64,000 nt of DNA from a virus (Duplodnaviria > Caudoviricetes): positions 36,993 to 100,992 of IMG/VR virus record IMGVR_UViG_2516653005_000001; one strand, written 5' to 3'. A program made the translations under genes and the position numbers. This document shows, piece after piece, positions 55,346 through 64,000 of this stretch (position 1 is the first letter of the stretch; each line of letters starts with the position of its first letter). The notes below the pieces were generated by a model that did not search any database, was not told the DNA's origin, and worked only from the letters and a program-made list of their open reading frames with translations.

Positions 55346-56475
55346 TGATGGATGGTGAGCGTAAGCTTGCAACAATCAGACGTATTTCGGCGATCGATCC
55401 GATCCCAGGCGCCGATCAGATCGTCAAACTGACGATCGATGGCTGGGAGCTGGTCTCTCAGAAGGACAACTTCAAAGCCGGCGATCTTGCGGTCTATTTC
55501 GAGATCGACTCCTTCCTGCCCGTGCGGCCGGAGTTCGAGTTCCTCCGCCCGCGCTGCTTCAAATCCACCACCAATCTCGGTGATGGCTTCCGGCTGCGTA
55601 CGATCAAGCTGCGCGGTCAGATTTCGCAAGGTCTGGCGATGCCGGTCGGCGAGCTGTTTGCCTACGACCACGAGAAGGGCCTGTACTATATCAATCATCC
55701 GGAACACGGCCATGTTACCGTTGGCGAAGGTGATGACGTCACCGATCTTCTGGACGTCAAGAAATACGAGCAGCCGATCCCGGCACAACTCGCTGGCCGC
55801 GTGAAGGGCAACTTCCCGACCTTCCTTCGGAAGACGGACCAGGAGCGAGTTCAGAACTGCTTCAACTCGGTGAAGAAGTGGATCGGCTACAAAGAGCCCG
55901 CCACCCCTGCGAACGACAACGAGCGCTCCAATTTCGAGATCACACTGAAGCTCGACGGTTCGTCGATCACAATGTACCACAACGATGGCCAGGTCGGCGT
56001 CTGTTCGCGCAATCTCGACTTGAAGCGCGACTACAACAACGCTTTCTGGTACACGGCGATTAATGCCCGCATTCTGCCGGCGCTCGTCGATTTCGGCCGA
56101 AACGTCGCCATCCAGGGCGAGCTGATGGGTCCTGGCATCCAGGGCAACCGCGAGGCTCTGCAACACAACAAGATCTTCATCTTCGATATCTTCGATATCG
56201 ACGCGCAACGCTATCTGACGCCGTCCGAGCGCGAAATCATGCTCGACGACCTGGAGATGTCCGGCATTGTCGACGTGCGCTACGTCGACCACGCTCCGGT
56301 TATCGGCGTGGTGAGCTTGGATAGCTACGAAACCGTTGGCGACGTTCTCGCGGTGGCGGACAGATCGTCGATCAACAATACGGTCGCCGAAGGCGTTGTC
56401 TTCAAGAGCTATCTGCCGAATGGGCCGACGTTTAAGGCCATCAACAACAAGTACCTCCTCGCTGAGAAGGACTGA
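55345..56475 (+). CDS. RNA ligase, DRB0094/Rnl5 family
   Basis: RKLATI, YFEIDS, LRGQISQGL, KTDQER, KLDGSS, QGELMG, EGVVFK, FKAI. Confidence 0.92.
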   Translation: MMDGERKLATIRRISAIDPIPGADQIVKLTIDGWELVSQKDNFKAGDLAVYFEIDSFLPVRPEFEFLRPRCFKSTTNLGDGFRLRTIKLRGQISQGLAMPVGELFAYDHEKGLYYINHPEHGHVTVGEGDDVTDLLDVKKYEQPIPAQLAGRVKGNFPTFLRKTDQERVQNCFNSVKKWIGYKEPATPANDNERSNFEITLKLDGSSITMYHNDGQVGVCSRNLDLKRDYNNAFWYTAINARILPALVDFGRNVAIQGELMGPGIQGNREALQHNKIFIFDIFDIDAQRYLTPSEREIMLDDLEMSGIVDVRYVDHAPVIGVVSLDSYETVGDVLAVADRSSINNTVAEGVVFKSYLPNGPTFKAINNKYLLAEKD

Positions 56476-56483
56476 TTTCTTCC

Positions 56484-56819
56484 GTGTTCACCGATCTGGA
56501 AATCCTGGAGCGCTGTCTACTGCTCTACTCAAAGCCGGGCCGATGGACGCAGAAGACGAACGCCAGGGACCGATCTGGAAGGTCGGTCGGCGTCTTCAGC
56601 AGCGAGGCCCGATCCTTCGATATTGAAGGAGCGATCCGAAGGGCTGCTGGCATCGACGATAGGGGCGCGTATGCGCGCCTCCGCCCTACCCTCATGTCGC
56701 AGATCGCGACGCATCGAAACCCGTTCGATTGGAACGACCAGAAAGGACGACACCAGCGTGAGGTCGTCCGCCTCTTCGAGGATCTGGCCGATCTGTATCG
56801 TTTCAAGGAAGCTGCATGA
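56484..56819 (+). CDS. Hypothetical protein (DUF6197-like)
   Basis: WTQ..NARD..G...GAI...WND..GR...EV. Confidence 0.65.
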   Translation: MFTDLEILERCLLLYSKPGRWTQKTNARDRSGRSVGVFSSEARSFDIEGAIRRAAGIDDRGAYARLRPTLMSQIATHRNPFDWNDQKGRHQREVVRLFEDLADLYRFKEAA

Positions 56820-57223
56820 ACATCGACACCAACAAAATAGAGACCAATGCTGCGGCGCTGAGAGACGCCGTCAATACGATCGTTTCCATCTGCCACGCTA
56901 TGAATGCCAAATGGTGGGTCGATCCAGAGACTGGAGCTCAACTGCAGGACAACCCCCTGATCGTGCCGACCAAGCTCGCCCTTGTTCACAGCGAGGTTTC
57001 TGAGGCTCTGGAAGGTCACCGATGCGACAAGCCGGATGACAAGCTTCCGCAGTACCCGGCTGTCGTAGCGGAGCTGGCGGACGTCCTGATCCGGGTCGGA
57101 GACCTGGCTGGCGCGATGGGCTACCGACTCGGCGACGCCGTCTACGACAAGACCATCTTCAACACCGTCCGGGCAGACCACAAGCTTGAGAACCGCGTGA
57201 AGAAGGGCGGAAAGCGCTATTGA
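56816..57223 (+). CDS. MazG-like NTP pyrophosphohydrolase
   Basis: LALVHSEVSEALEG.R, ELADVLIR, K..FN..R. Confidence 0.88.
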   Translation: MNIDTNKIETNAAALRDAVNTIVSICHAMNAKWWVDPETGAQLQDNPLIVPTKLALVHSEVSEALEGHRCDKPDDKLPQYPAVVAELADVLIRVGDLAGAMGYRLGDAVYDKTIFNTVRADHKLENRVKKGGKRY

Positions 57224-57266
57224 CATTGTGCGCGCTCAAATGCAAATGATGGAGAAAGAAAAGCAA

Positions 57267-57617
57267 ATGGACATCACGCAAGCCGCTCAGACTGCCGACG
57301 AATTGGTCTCCGCCGAGATCTCCCTGCAGAACGAAAAATGGGGCGATCTTAATGAGCGGGCGGACGCGACCAAAAGACAGCTCATGCACGCCGCTATGGC
57401 GCAGCTTGACGCTCTGTTCGATCGGCACTGCGGCGTGGAAGACGCTTTTGACAGCCCTCCGGAGATCTATCCGGAAGACTGGAAAGGCTTCCGCGACTAC
57501 GGAAGTGATGTCGCCAACCTCGTCGTTGCGGCGGCCTTCCTGCTGCAAGAGATCAAGCGTCTGGTGTATCTCGGCGAAGACACCACGCGCACTTCGCGCA
57601 CCTCGCCGATTGTTTGA
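57267..57617 (+). CDS. Hypothetical protein
   Basis: NLVVAAAFLLQEIKRL motif. Confidence 0.65.
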   Translation: MDITQAAQTADELVSAEISLQNEKWGDLNERADATKRQLMHAAMAQLDALFDRHCGVEDAFDSPPEIYPEDWKGFRDYGSDVANLVVAAAFLLQEIKRLVYLGEDTTRTSRTSPIV

Positions 57618-57639
57618 ATGCAAACCGAAGAGCAAACGA

Positions 57640-58524
57640 ATGTTCAAGATCGGTCGAATTGCAGCGCTGGCAGCAGCGCTGCTGGTGGCCAGCTCAGCCT
57701 GGGCAGGCCCCTCGTTCTCCTCTGGAGGACGATCATCGTTCTCCTCGGGTGGCTTCTCGTCGTCGCGCTCGTCGGCGCCGTCGCCGTCTTTCAGGTCCTC
57801 AAGTTCGTCGTCGTCATCCAGCTTTAGCCGTAGCCAGCCATCCAGCTCCGGCGGCTTCAGCTCGAAGGCCGTGATTGGGACCGGCGCCGCTGTTGGGGCT
57901 GCGTCGGCTGTGTCGACGTCTCCGAGCAGCTCGGCGTCATCAACGACTGCGCCGAAAGCTTCATCAACGCCTGCGCCGAAGGCGTCAGCGTTCGATGCAT
58001 CGGTCAACCGGAGCATCAGCTCCCAGGCCTATCAGGCCCGTCAGACGCCGGCTTTCAAAGCTGCTGTCGGAGACAAGGTCTACACGCCGACGCAGGTTCA
58101 GACGGTTCGGACGAATTACTACACGACCGTCTACCGGGACCACTATGTCCCGCCGATGATGGGCCATTCCTACGGCTCGTTCTCGGAAGGGTTCATGTGG
58201 GCGATGATGTTCAACGCTGCGTTCGCACATAACCACTCGGACGACCCGTCATACATCGCGTGGCGGCGCGACGCTGAGCAGCGGGCCGCTACCGATCAGA
58301 AGGTGAAGGACCAGCTCGCAGAGCTCGACAAGAAGGTGAAAGAGCTTGAAGGCCAGCCGAAGGACAAGAACTACATACCAAAGGACGTCCCTCCGGAGGT
58401 CGTCTTCTCTGAAGACGTCCTGACCAGTCGCGCAAGCCATCCTATCTGGACTTGGCTGTATGTGCTTGCCGCGCTCGGTGCCGTGATTGGCATCTTTGTT
58501 TGGATCGAGCGGAAAACCCGATGA
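57640..58524 (+). CDS. Exported Ser/Gly-rich membrane-anchored protein
   Basis: Signal peptide, low-complexity Ser tract, coiled coil, C-terminal TM helix. Confidence 0.75.
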   Translation: MFKIGRIAALAAALLVASSAWAGPSFSSGGRSSFSSGGFSSSRSSAPSPSFRSSSSSSSSSFSRSQPSSSGGFSSKAVIGTGAAVGAASAVSTSPSSSASSTTAPKASSTPAPKASAFDASVNRSISSQAYQARQTPAFKAAVGDKVYTPTQVQTVRTNYYTTVYRDHYVPPMMGHSYGSFSEGFMWAMMFNAAFAHNHSDDPSYIAWRRDAEQRAATDQKVKDQLAELDKKVKELEGQPKDKNYIPKDVPPEVVFSEDVLTSRASHPIWTWLYVLAALGAVIGIFVWIERKTR

Positions 58525-59207
58525 GCATCCGACTTGCGAAACGAATGATCGAAAACATGGCTGGTCGCTCTCCCAAAAGCGACGCGCCGATTGCTTCGGT
58601 TGAAGGGCCGATCGGAAAGCTGAAGGTCGGCGGCGTGCTCGACCTGGCACCGGCGGTCGCAACCTTTGTCATGGCGCAATCGGCTGGGTCTCTAGTCAAG
58701 CCGCTGCAGCTCAGCAGCATCATTAAGGCGCACGGCAAGACCGATAGCGGTCCCTACACGATCCATCGCTTCTACATCGACGACGCCTTTCTACAGATCG
58801 TGACGATGCACGGTCTTCCTGTCGCCGACGAGGTTCGCTTTTTCTCGCATCTGGCTGAGGTCAATCCTCAGGACACGTTCGAGTGGGATCTCTGGCTGAA
58901 GGGCGTCAACGGCAATCCGCCGTTGTTGACCGGTCCGTCCATCTTCTGGGACGAAACCTACAACTTTACCAGGATGTGGGGAGGTAACGCCTCCGACGTC
59001 AAACCCATCCGATCCGTCGAGTGGATCGACAATGGCGAATACAGGTCGAGCCTGTCGCTACAGAGCATGCGCTATGGCCGCAAATTGGGAGGGACTGATC
59101 GAGACGAGTGGCTTCAGCTTGCTGTTGTCCAAGACGATGCCGGTGACACCTGGATCGAAGCTTATGTCGGTCTGACGATCGCCACTGGTGAAGTGAATGC
59201 AATCTAA
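58521..59207 (+). CDS. DUF2491 (YjfK)-like protein
   Basis: IHRFY...FLQI...W..WL...FTRMWG...YGR...EWL...YVGL; sits next to PspA-like gene. Confidence 0.6.
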   Translation: MSIRLAKRMIENMAGRSPKSDAPIASVEGPIGKLKVGGVLDLAPAVATFVMAQSAGSLVKPLQLSSIIKAHGKTDSGPYTIHRFYIDDAFLQIVTMHGLPVADEVRFFSHLAEVNPQDTFEWDLWLKGVNGNPPLLTGPSIFWDETYNFTRMWGGNASDVKPIRSVEWIDNGEYRSSLSLQSMRYGRKLGGTDRDEWLQLAVVQDDAGDTWIEAYVGLTIATGEVNAI

Positions 59208-59220
59208 CGAAAGGGAAACA

Positions 59221-59982
59221 ATGTCTCTGAAATTCCTCGGCTCCTACGCGACACAGACCGTTCGCGAAGCCTCGAAGGCTCTGGTCGATACGCTGGTCGC
59301 TTTCGATCCCAAGGGCGCAACTGAAGCCCAAATCTCACTGATGACTGATCAGCTCGACCAACTCGGCAAGAAGGTGGCCGCAACCCAGCGCGCCTCCAAC
59401 GAAGCGAGCAAGCGCTACAGTGAAGCGAGCGCCATCTACGCGAACCGCATCTCTGCAGCCGAGCTGCTACAGTCCCAGGTCGATGCTGGAAAGACCGAGG
59501 TCCAGGTCAGCCTCGACACGTTGCTCGATCTGATCGACGTATCCAGCACCGAACTTGGTGAGCTGAAGACCGATGCGGATGCGACCGCAACCTATCTGGC
59601 AGAGCTCCGTGCAGCCTACACCGACGCTGCAAAGAAACTCCAAGGCGCACGCCGAGAGCTGGCAAGCGCCGAGCGCGGCATGCAGCGTGCAAAATTGGCT
59701 ACGGATCGGGCCAACGATCGTGCGCAGGCTGCGGAGATTGCGGCCGGCATCAAGACCTCGGGCGGCACGCTGTCGACGGCTCTCGACGCCATGAAGCGCC
59801 AGACCATCGCTGCGCAGGATGCTGCAGCGGCAGCTGACATGAAGGCGGCCAGTCTGCAATCGTCCAGCGTTGAGGCTGAGGACAAGAACATCGCTGCTGC
59901 AATGTCGGCAGTGGTAGGCGGCTCGAACGTTCTGCAGTCCTCGAGGGATCGGCTCGCTGCCCTGAAGAAGAACGCGGCCTAA
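59221..59982 (+). CDS. PspA/IM30-like coiled-coil protein
   Basis: FDPKGATEAQI, long coiled coil, DRLAALKK C-terminus. Confidence 0.65.
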   Translation: MSLKFLGSYATQTVREASKALVDTLVAFDPKGATEAQISLMTDQLDQLGKKVAATQRASNEASKRYSEASAIYANRISAAELLQSQVDAGKTEVQVSLDTLLDLIDVSSTELGELKTDADATATYLAELRAAYTDAAKKLQGARRELASAERGMQRAKLATDRANDRAQAAEIAAGIKTSGGTLSTALDAMKRQTIAAQDAAAAADMKAASLQSSSVEAEDKNIAAAMSAVVGGSNVLQSSRDRLAALKKNAA

Positions 59983-60045
59983 TCAATCAACGCACGGTCA
60001 TCATCCTGGTGACCGTGCCTTCCCTTCCAGATGCCCGGAGAGCAA

Positions 60046-60534
60046 ATGTCAGACGTGACCGACGAACAGATCATCTCGTTCCTTTCTCAGCTCAGAAACT
60101 CGTTGCACCTGTTCAAGGACCCCGTTTGGGCCGCTACAGAAGAGATGTCCTTCGAACAGCACGTCTCCGAGTTCCGAGACCAGCTCACCAAGACTATCGT
60201 GCACTTCGATCTTCCTGAGGAGACCACGATGCACTACGTCGTCAGCGGTCAGGACGGACCGATCCTGTTCTGCTCTGGCAACGCCCCAAACTCTGGCGAA
60301 CGGTCGCGGATTTTGACTGGTGTCCTGACGGCGCTGCCGGCTGTCGTTCAGGAGGTTCAAGACCTGATCACCATCAAGAACATGCAGTCCGAGCGTATCA
60401 ACGAGCTGCTGGAAGAAAACAACAAGAAGCTCTTCGAAATCCGCGCTCTGCGCGCGGAGCTGAAACGCTACAAGGCAAACCAGGAATGGTTGCTCGACAA
60501 GATCGCTGACGATCAGCAGGAGATGACAGCTTGA
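60046..60534 (+). CDS. Hypothetical protein
   Basis: GGAGA RBS. Confidence 0.65.
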   Translation: MSDVTDEQIISFLSQLRNSLHLFKDPVWAATEEMSFEQHVSEFRDQLTKTIVHFDLPEETTMHYVVSGQDGPILFCSGNAPNSGERSRILTGVLTALPAVVQEVQDLITIKNMQSERINELLEENNKKLFEIRALRAELKRYKANQEWLLDKIADDQQEMTA

Positions 60535-61235
60535 GCAGCTTCACCTATGTGATAGCCGACGTCCACGGCAGGTTCGATCTCCTGACATCAGCCGTATCGC
60601 TGATCAGGAGGCGCGTGCGAGAAGAAGAAGTATGCACCGTCGTCGTGCTCGGCGATTTTGTCGATCGTGGCCCGCAAAGTCGTCAGTGTATCGAGTACCT
60701 GATGAACCGGAGTTTTTGGGAAAACATCAAGCTCGTGGTGCTGAAGGGCAATCACGAAGCCATGATGATCGAGACGCTGAAGACGCCGATTGGTCCTAGC
60801 TGGTGGCTCGGACAAGGAGGCGACTTCACGATGAAGTCCTACGGACACGGCAATTACATGTTTGAGCCGTCCTTTGTGCCTGCCTCTCACATCGATTGGC
60901 TTGAGGCCCTTCCGCTCTATTATGCCGACGAGCATAGGGTCTACGTTCACGCTGCGGTCGTAGACGGCGTCCCGCTCGACCAGCAGGTCGAGGACACCTT
61001 TCTGTGGGCTCGATACCCGGCGGGCTACGCCTATGGGTACGGCGAGAAGCACGTTGTGCATGGTCACACACCGTTCAAGAGCGGCCCCATCATGATGTCA
61101 GGCCGGACCAACCTGGATACTGGCGCGGTGTGGACGGGTCGTCTCGTCGTTGGTGTCTTCGCTGATGAACTTGCTGGCGGGCCGATCGATACGATCGAAG
61201 TCGTGGCGACTGACGTTGCCCCTGCGTTTGCTTGA
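60531..61235 (+). CDS. Ser/Thr protein phosphatase-like metallophosphoesterase
   Basis: DVHG, GDFVDRG, GNHE, VHGHTP, DTGA. Confidence 0.93.
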   Translation: MSSFTYVIADVHGRFDLLTSAVSLIRRRVREEEVCTVVVLGDFVDRGPQSRQCIEYLMNRSFWENIKLVVLKGNHEAMMIETLKTPIGPSWWLGQGGDFTMKSYGHGNYMFEPSFVPASHIDWLEALPLYYADEHRVYVHAAVVDGVPLDQQVEDTFLWARYPAGYAYGYGEKHVVHGHTPFKSGPIMMSGRTNLDTGAVWTGRLVVGVFADELAGGPIDTIEVVATDVAPAFA

Positions 61236-61255
61236 AAACAAAGAGACTGCAAAGA

Positions 61256-62239
61256 ATGACAATTTCTGCAACTATGATCGCCCACAGCCGAGCCGAAACC
61301 GGCGTTGAGCTAAAGACGGTCCTTCTTCGCTACCCCCGCTTCATCCATGCGGAGGAGCTGACGCATCGCGTCCTTTCGTCGACGCCGGATGAGATCATCA
61401 TCCAGACCATTGCGGATGGGCTGATGTACGACCGCAACCTGTCGCGCAATGCGTCTAGCTCTCGCGCGATCCCCGTCAAGCGCCTGATCGATGACATTCT
61501 GCAGGACACGGCGATGCCGATCCATTGGGGTCGTAATCAGGCAGGGATGCAGGCGTTCGCTGAAAACAATGCTCCCGTCATGCTCTTCGACAAGGAAGGG
61601 CATGGTCTGGAGCATACAAGGGAAGAGGCATGGCTTGCTGCACGTGATCGGGCGATCGAGATCGCTCAAGCCTTCGATGCTGCCGGCTATCACAAGCAGA
61701 TCGTCAACCGCCTGCTGGAGCCCTTCTCCCACATCAATGTGCTGGTGACGGCGACCGAATGGGACAACTTCTTCGAACTGCGTAATCACACCGATGCTCA
61801 GCCTGAGATCGGAGCTCTAGCCGTTGCGATCCTTGAGGCGTTCGCAAATTCTACGCCTGTCGATCTGAAGCCGGGCCAATGGCACCTGCCGTTCGTCGAC
61901 GTTGAGCGGGACAGTGAAGCTGTCGCTCAGTATCTGGTTGACGTACTCGATGCACCCGTGCCCGACCAAATCGTCCTCGACACGATCATCAAGCTGTCTG
62001 TCGCACGGTGCGCGAGGACTTCCTATCTGACGCACGACATGCAGCCCCCGACGATCGCCAAGGATATCGAGCTGTACGACCGGTTGGTCGGCATGCGCCC
62101 GCTTCACGCATCGCCGGCAGAGCATCAGGCGACGCCAGACTCCTATCCGGACCTCGGTTGGGCGAACAAGCATCTGCACGGCAACTTCAACGGCTTCATC
62201 CAGTATCGCAAGATCCTCGAAGCGAGCTTCGTATGGTGA
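61256..62239 (+). CDS. thyX: FAD-dependent thymidylate synthase-like protein
   Basis: YPRFIHAE..THR, SRNASSSRAIP, HKQ..NRLLEP, AQPEI, ARCARTSY, HASPAEH. Confidence 0.85.
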   Translation: MTISATMIAHSRAETGVELKTVLLRYPRFIHAEELTHRVLSSTPDEIIIQTIADGLMYDRNLSRNASSSRAIPVKRLIDDILQDTAMPIHWGRNQAGMQAFAENNAPVMLFDKEGHGLEHTREEAWLAARDRAIEIAQAFDAAGYHKQIVNRLLEPFSHINVLVTATEWDNFFELRNHTDAQPEIGALAVAILEAFANSTPVDLKPGQWHLPFVDVERDSEAVAQYLVDVLDAPVPDQIVLDTIIKLSVARCARTSYLTHDMQPPTIAKDIELYDRLVGMRPLHASPAEHQATPDSYPDLGWANKHLHGNFNGFIQYRKILEASFVW

Positions 62240-62562
62240 AGCCTGCGACCGCCTACTACGTCGCTGCGATCCCGCACAAGCAGGTGCCTGGAATTTTCCA
62301 GGCATCGTTCGGGATGCCGGGTGACGCTCCCGCCTGGGTGCTTGGGCACGACGGCAGGCCGGACGTCTTCACCAACGCTCTTGAGGCAGAGCTGGCCGGA
62401 TATCGGGTGCTGATTTCGAAGCTGAACAAGGCACGCGGAGTGCAGGAAGTCCACGTCAAGGGAAGCGGCAAGCACCAAATTCGATCGTACCGCGCTCCGG
62501 AAGGAAACTCGCATCAAGCGGAGATCGATGCGGTGTTCGGGAAGAAGAAGCAACCGGCCTAG
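62233..62562 (+). CDS. Hypothetical protein
   Basis: ATG overlapping the thyX end. Confidence 0.6.
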   Translation: MVKPATAYYVAAIPHKQVPGIFQASFGMPGDAPAWVLGHDGRPDVFTNALEAELAGYRVLISKLNKARGVQEVHVKGSGKHQIRSYRAPEGNSHQAEIDAVFGKKKQPA

Positions 62563-62603
62563 AGTTTACGCCACGCTTTATTTGCTAAGTCAGACTGTGT
62601 AAA

Positions 62604-62954
62604 ATGGCAGATATTCAAACCATCGACGAAACGACCCCACTGAGACTGCAGGACGCAGTCCGTTTGGGATTTCCAAATGGGGGAATGACGGTCTCCGGTC
62701 TCCGACGAGAGATAAAGCGTGGCCGTCTCAGCGTAGAGACGATCGCCGGCAAGCACTTCACTACGCTTGCTGACATCAAGAGTATGAGAGCGTTATGCCG
62801 CGTGCAAGCAAAGGGCCGTATCTCTGGAAGCGTCCAGGACGAAACGGACGATCGCCCCTCTGGATCATCAAAGATGGAGACAAGCAGGTCTCCACGGGAT
62901 GCGTTGCTACGGCGACTGCACAGCGACCTCCAGAGGACGCGGTCAAGGCATTAG
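62604..62954 (+). CDS. xis: Excisionase-like HTH protein
   Basis: TPLRL..A....FP.G.MTVSGLRRE..RGRL....IAGK.FTTL; overlaps the integrase start. Confidence 0.75.
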   Translation: MADIQTIDETTPLRLQDAVRLGFPNGGMTVSGLRREIKRGRLSVETIAGKHFTTLADIKSMRALCRVQAKGRISGSVQDETDDRPSGSSKMETSRSPRDALLRRLHSDLQRTRSRH

Positions 62955-64000
62955 CTAAGTACATCGACGACAAGTACAAGCCTGAACGGAAGGCTCGCGA
63001 TGTCGACTTCATCGACATCGCCGACGTGCTTGCGATCTATTACGAAGACCGAGTCGATAGCTTCGAGACTGAGGTATATCGACGTCGCTTTACGAGCAGC
63101 ATCGAGCGGCTGACGCGCTTTTTTGGCGGCACGATGCTCGGTAAACTAAACTCGAAGCTCTGCGACAAATACGTCAAGTCTCGCAAGACGCCAGGTGGTG
63201 CTCGGCGCGACCTTGAGAATTTGCGAGCTGCAATTGGACATCACGCGAAGGAGAACCTTCATCACGCCGTGATCCATGTGAAGCTTCCGCCAAAAGGGCA
63301 GCCTCGTCAGCGTTGGTTGACACGCGACGAAGCAGCAAAGCTGATCTGGGCGTGCTGGACGTACCGTGAAACCCAGACGGTGCATCGCGGTCCACGAAAG
63401 GGAGAGAAGGTTCAGACCGACAAGCGCCCCCTTCGCCATATTGCCCGCTTCATTCTGATCGGCCTCTACACTGGCACTCGCGCGAACGCCATCGCAGCAG
63501 CCTCCCCGACACAGGCCGATGGACGGTCGTATGTCGATCTTGAGGCCGGCATCTTCTACCGTCTTGCGGTCGGCAAGCGTGTGACCAACAAGCGCCAACC
63601 TCCCGTCCGGCTCCCGGATCGACTGCTCGCGCATATGCGACGCTGGAAGGACAAGAAGCTCATCGCGAACCACTTCGTCGAGTTTCAGGGCTCTGGCGTC
63701 GCGTCCGTTAAGGTCGGCTTCAAGCGGGCCGTCTCTCTGGCGAAGCTTTCGACAAAGACCGGCAACATCACTCCGCACACCCTTCGTCACACGGCGGCGA
63801 CGTGGCTGATGCAACGCGGAGTTGACATGTGGCAGGCCGCTGGCTTCCTCGGAATGTCGGTGCAGGTTCTTATGGACACTTACGGTCACCACCACCCTGA
63901 TTTCATGAAGGGTGCTGCCGATGCGATTACCCGAAAGGATCGCGTCCAGCCGGGTTCTGGTAATCGTAGTGGTAATCCTGAGGTTTCGTCAGTTGCCTAA
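62795..64000 (+). CDS. int: Tyrosine integrase
   Basis: YTGTR, TNKRQPP, PHTLRHTAATW, TYGH. Confidence 0.95.
   Translation: MPRASKGPYLWKRPGRNGRSPLWIIKDGDKQVSTGCVATATAQRPPEDAVKALAKYIDDKYKPERKARDVDFIDIADVLAIYYEDRVDSFETEVYRRRFTSSIERLTRFFGGTMLGKLNSKLCDKYVKSRKTPGGARRDLENLRAAIGHHAKENLHHAVIHVKLPPKGQPRQRWLTRDEAAKLIWACWTYRETQTVHRGPRKGEKVQTDKRPLRHIARFILIGLYTGTRANAIAAASPTQADGRSYVDLEAGIFYRLAVGKRVTNKRQPPVRLPDRLLAHMRRWKDKKLIANHFVEFQGSGVASVKVGFKRAVSLAKLSTKTGNITPHTLRHTAATWLMQRGVDMWQAAGFLGMSVQVLMDTYGHHHPDFMKGAADAITRKDRVQPGSGNRSGNPEVSSVA

Noticed and set aside
28920-56292. Long minus-strand ORFs such as 28920..30140, 31122..32465, 44468..45415, 53868..55091 and 55033..56292
   Set aside because: Antisense shadows of well-supported plus-strand genes, expected at high GC
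1-64000. Retron or diversity-generating retroelement as an explanation for the inverted repeats and duplications
   Set aside because: No reverse transcriptase motifs in any ORF and no adenine-specific repeat divergence seen

Overview
A 64-kb segment of a large, GC-rich, temperate tailed phage or prophage, most likely infecting an alphaproteobacterium (Hyphomicrobiales-like dnaQ, tRNA-Glu bodies and xis/int pair; inference). Minus strand 1-8.6 kb: portal (partial), TerL, PhoH, TerS, thioredoxin and five tRNAs, interleaved with several structured non-tRNA segments ending in CCA. 8.8-9.5 kb: a non-coding divergence point carrying a second, inverted copy of the 22-bp-period iteron array found inside the replication initiator gene at 39.3 kb. 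Plus strand 9.7-37 kb: many small early genes, a ~740-nt densely base-paired non-coding region, and an RNA-centred module. That module holds four tRNA-Glu(CUC)-type genes, two of which share an 8-nt anticodon loop and a bulged T-stem, plus a radical SAM enzyme, a stand-alone GlyRS-like catalytic domain, RtcB, ProQ/FinO and further structured RNAs; rIIA/rIIB-like genes follow. 37-64 kb: repressor, RuvC, initiator, split primase-helicase, SSB, DnaQ, YqaJ exonuclease, DNA ligase, NadM-Nudix plus NAMPT, class II RNR, RNA ligase, a PspA module, phosphatase, ThyX-like protein, excisionase and integrase. A 16-bp palindrome recurs at about 14 gene junctions. The best candidate for a new system is the pair of 8-nt-loop tRNAs with their neighbouring enzymes, possibly linked to an in-frame GAG-G at the +1 junction of the split primase. 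All product calls come from motif recognition by eye; no database searches were run.
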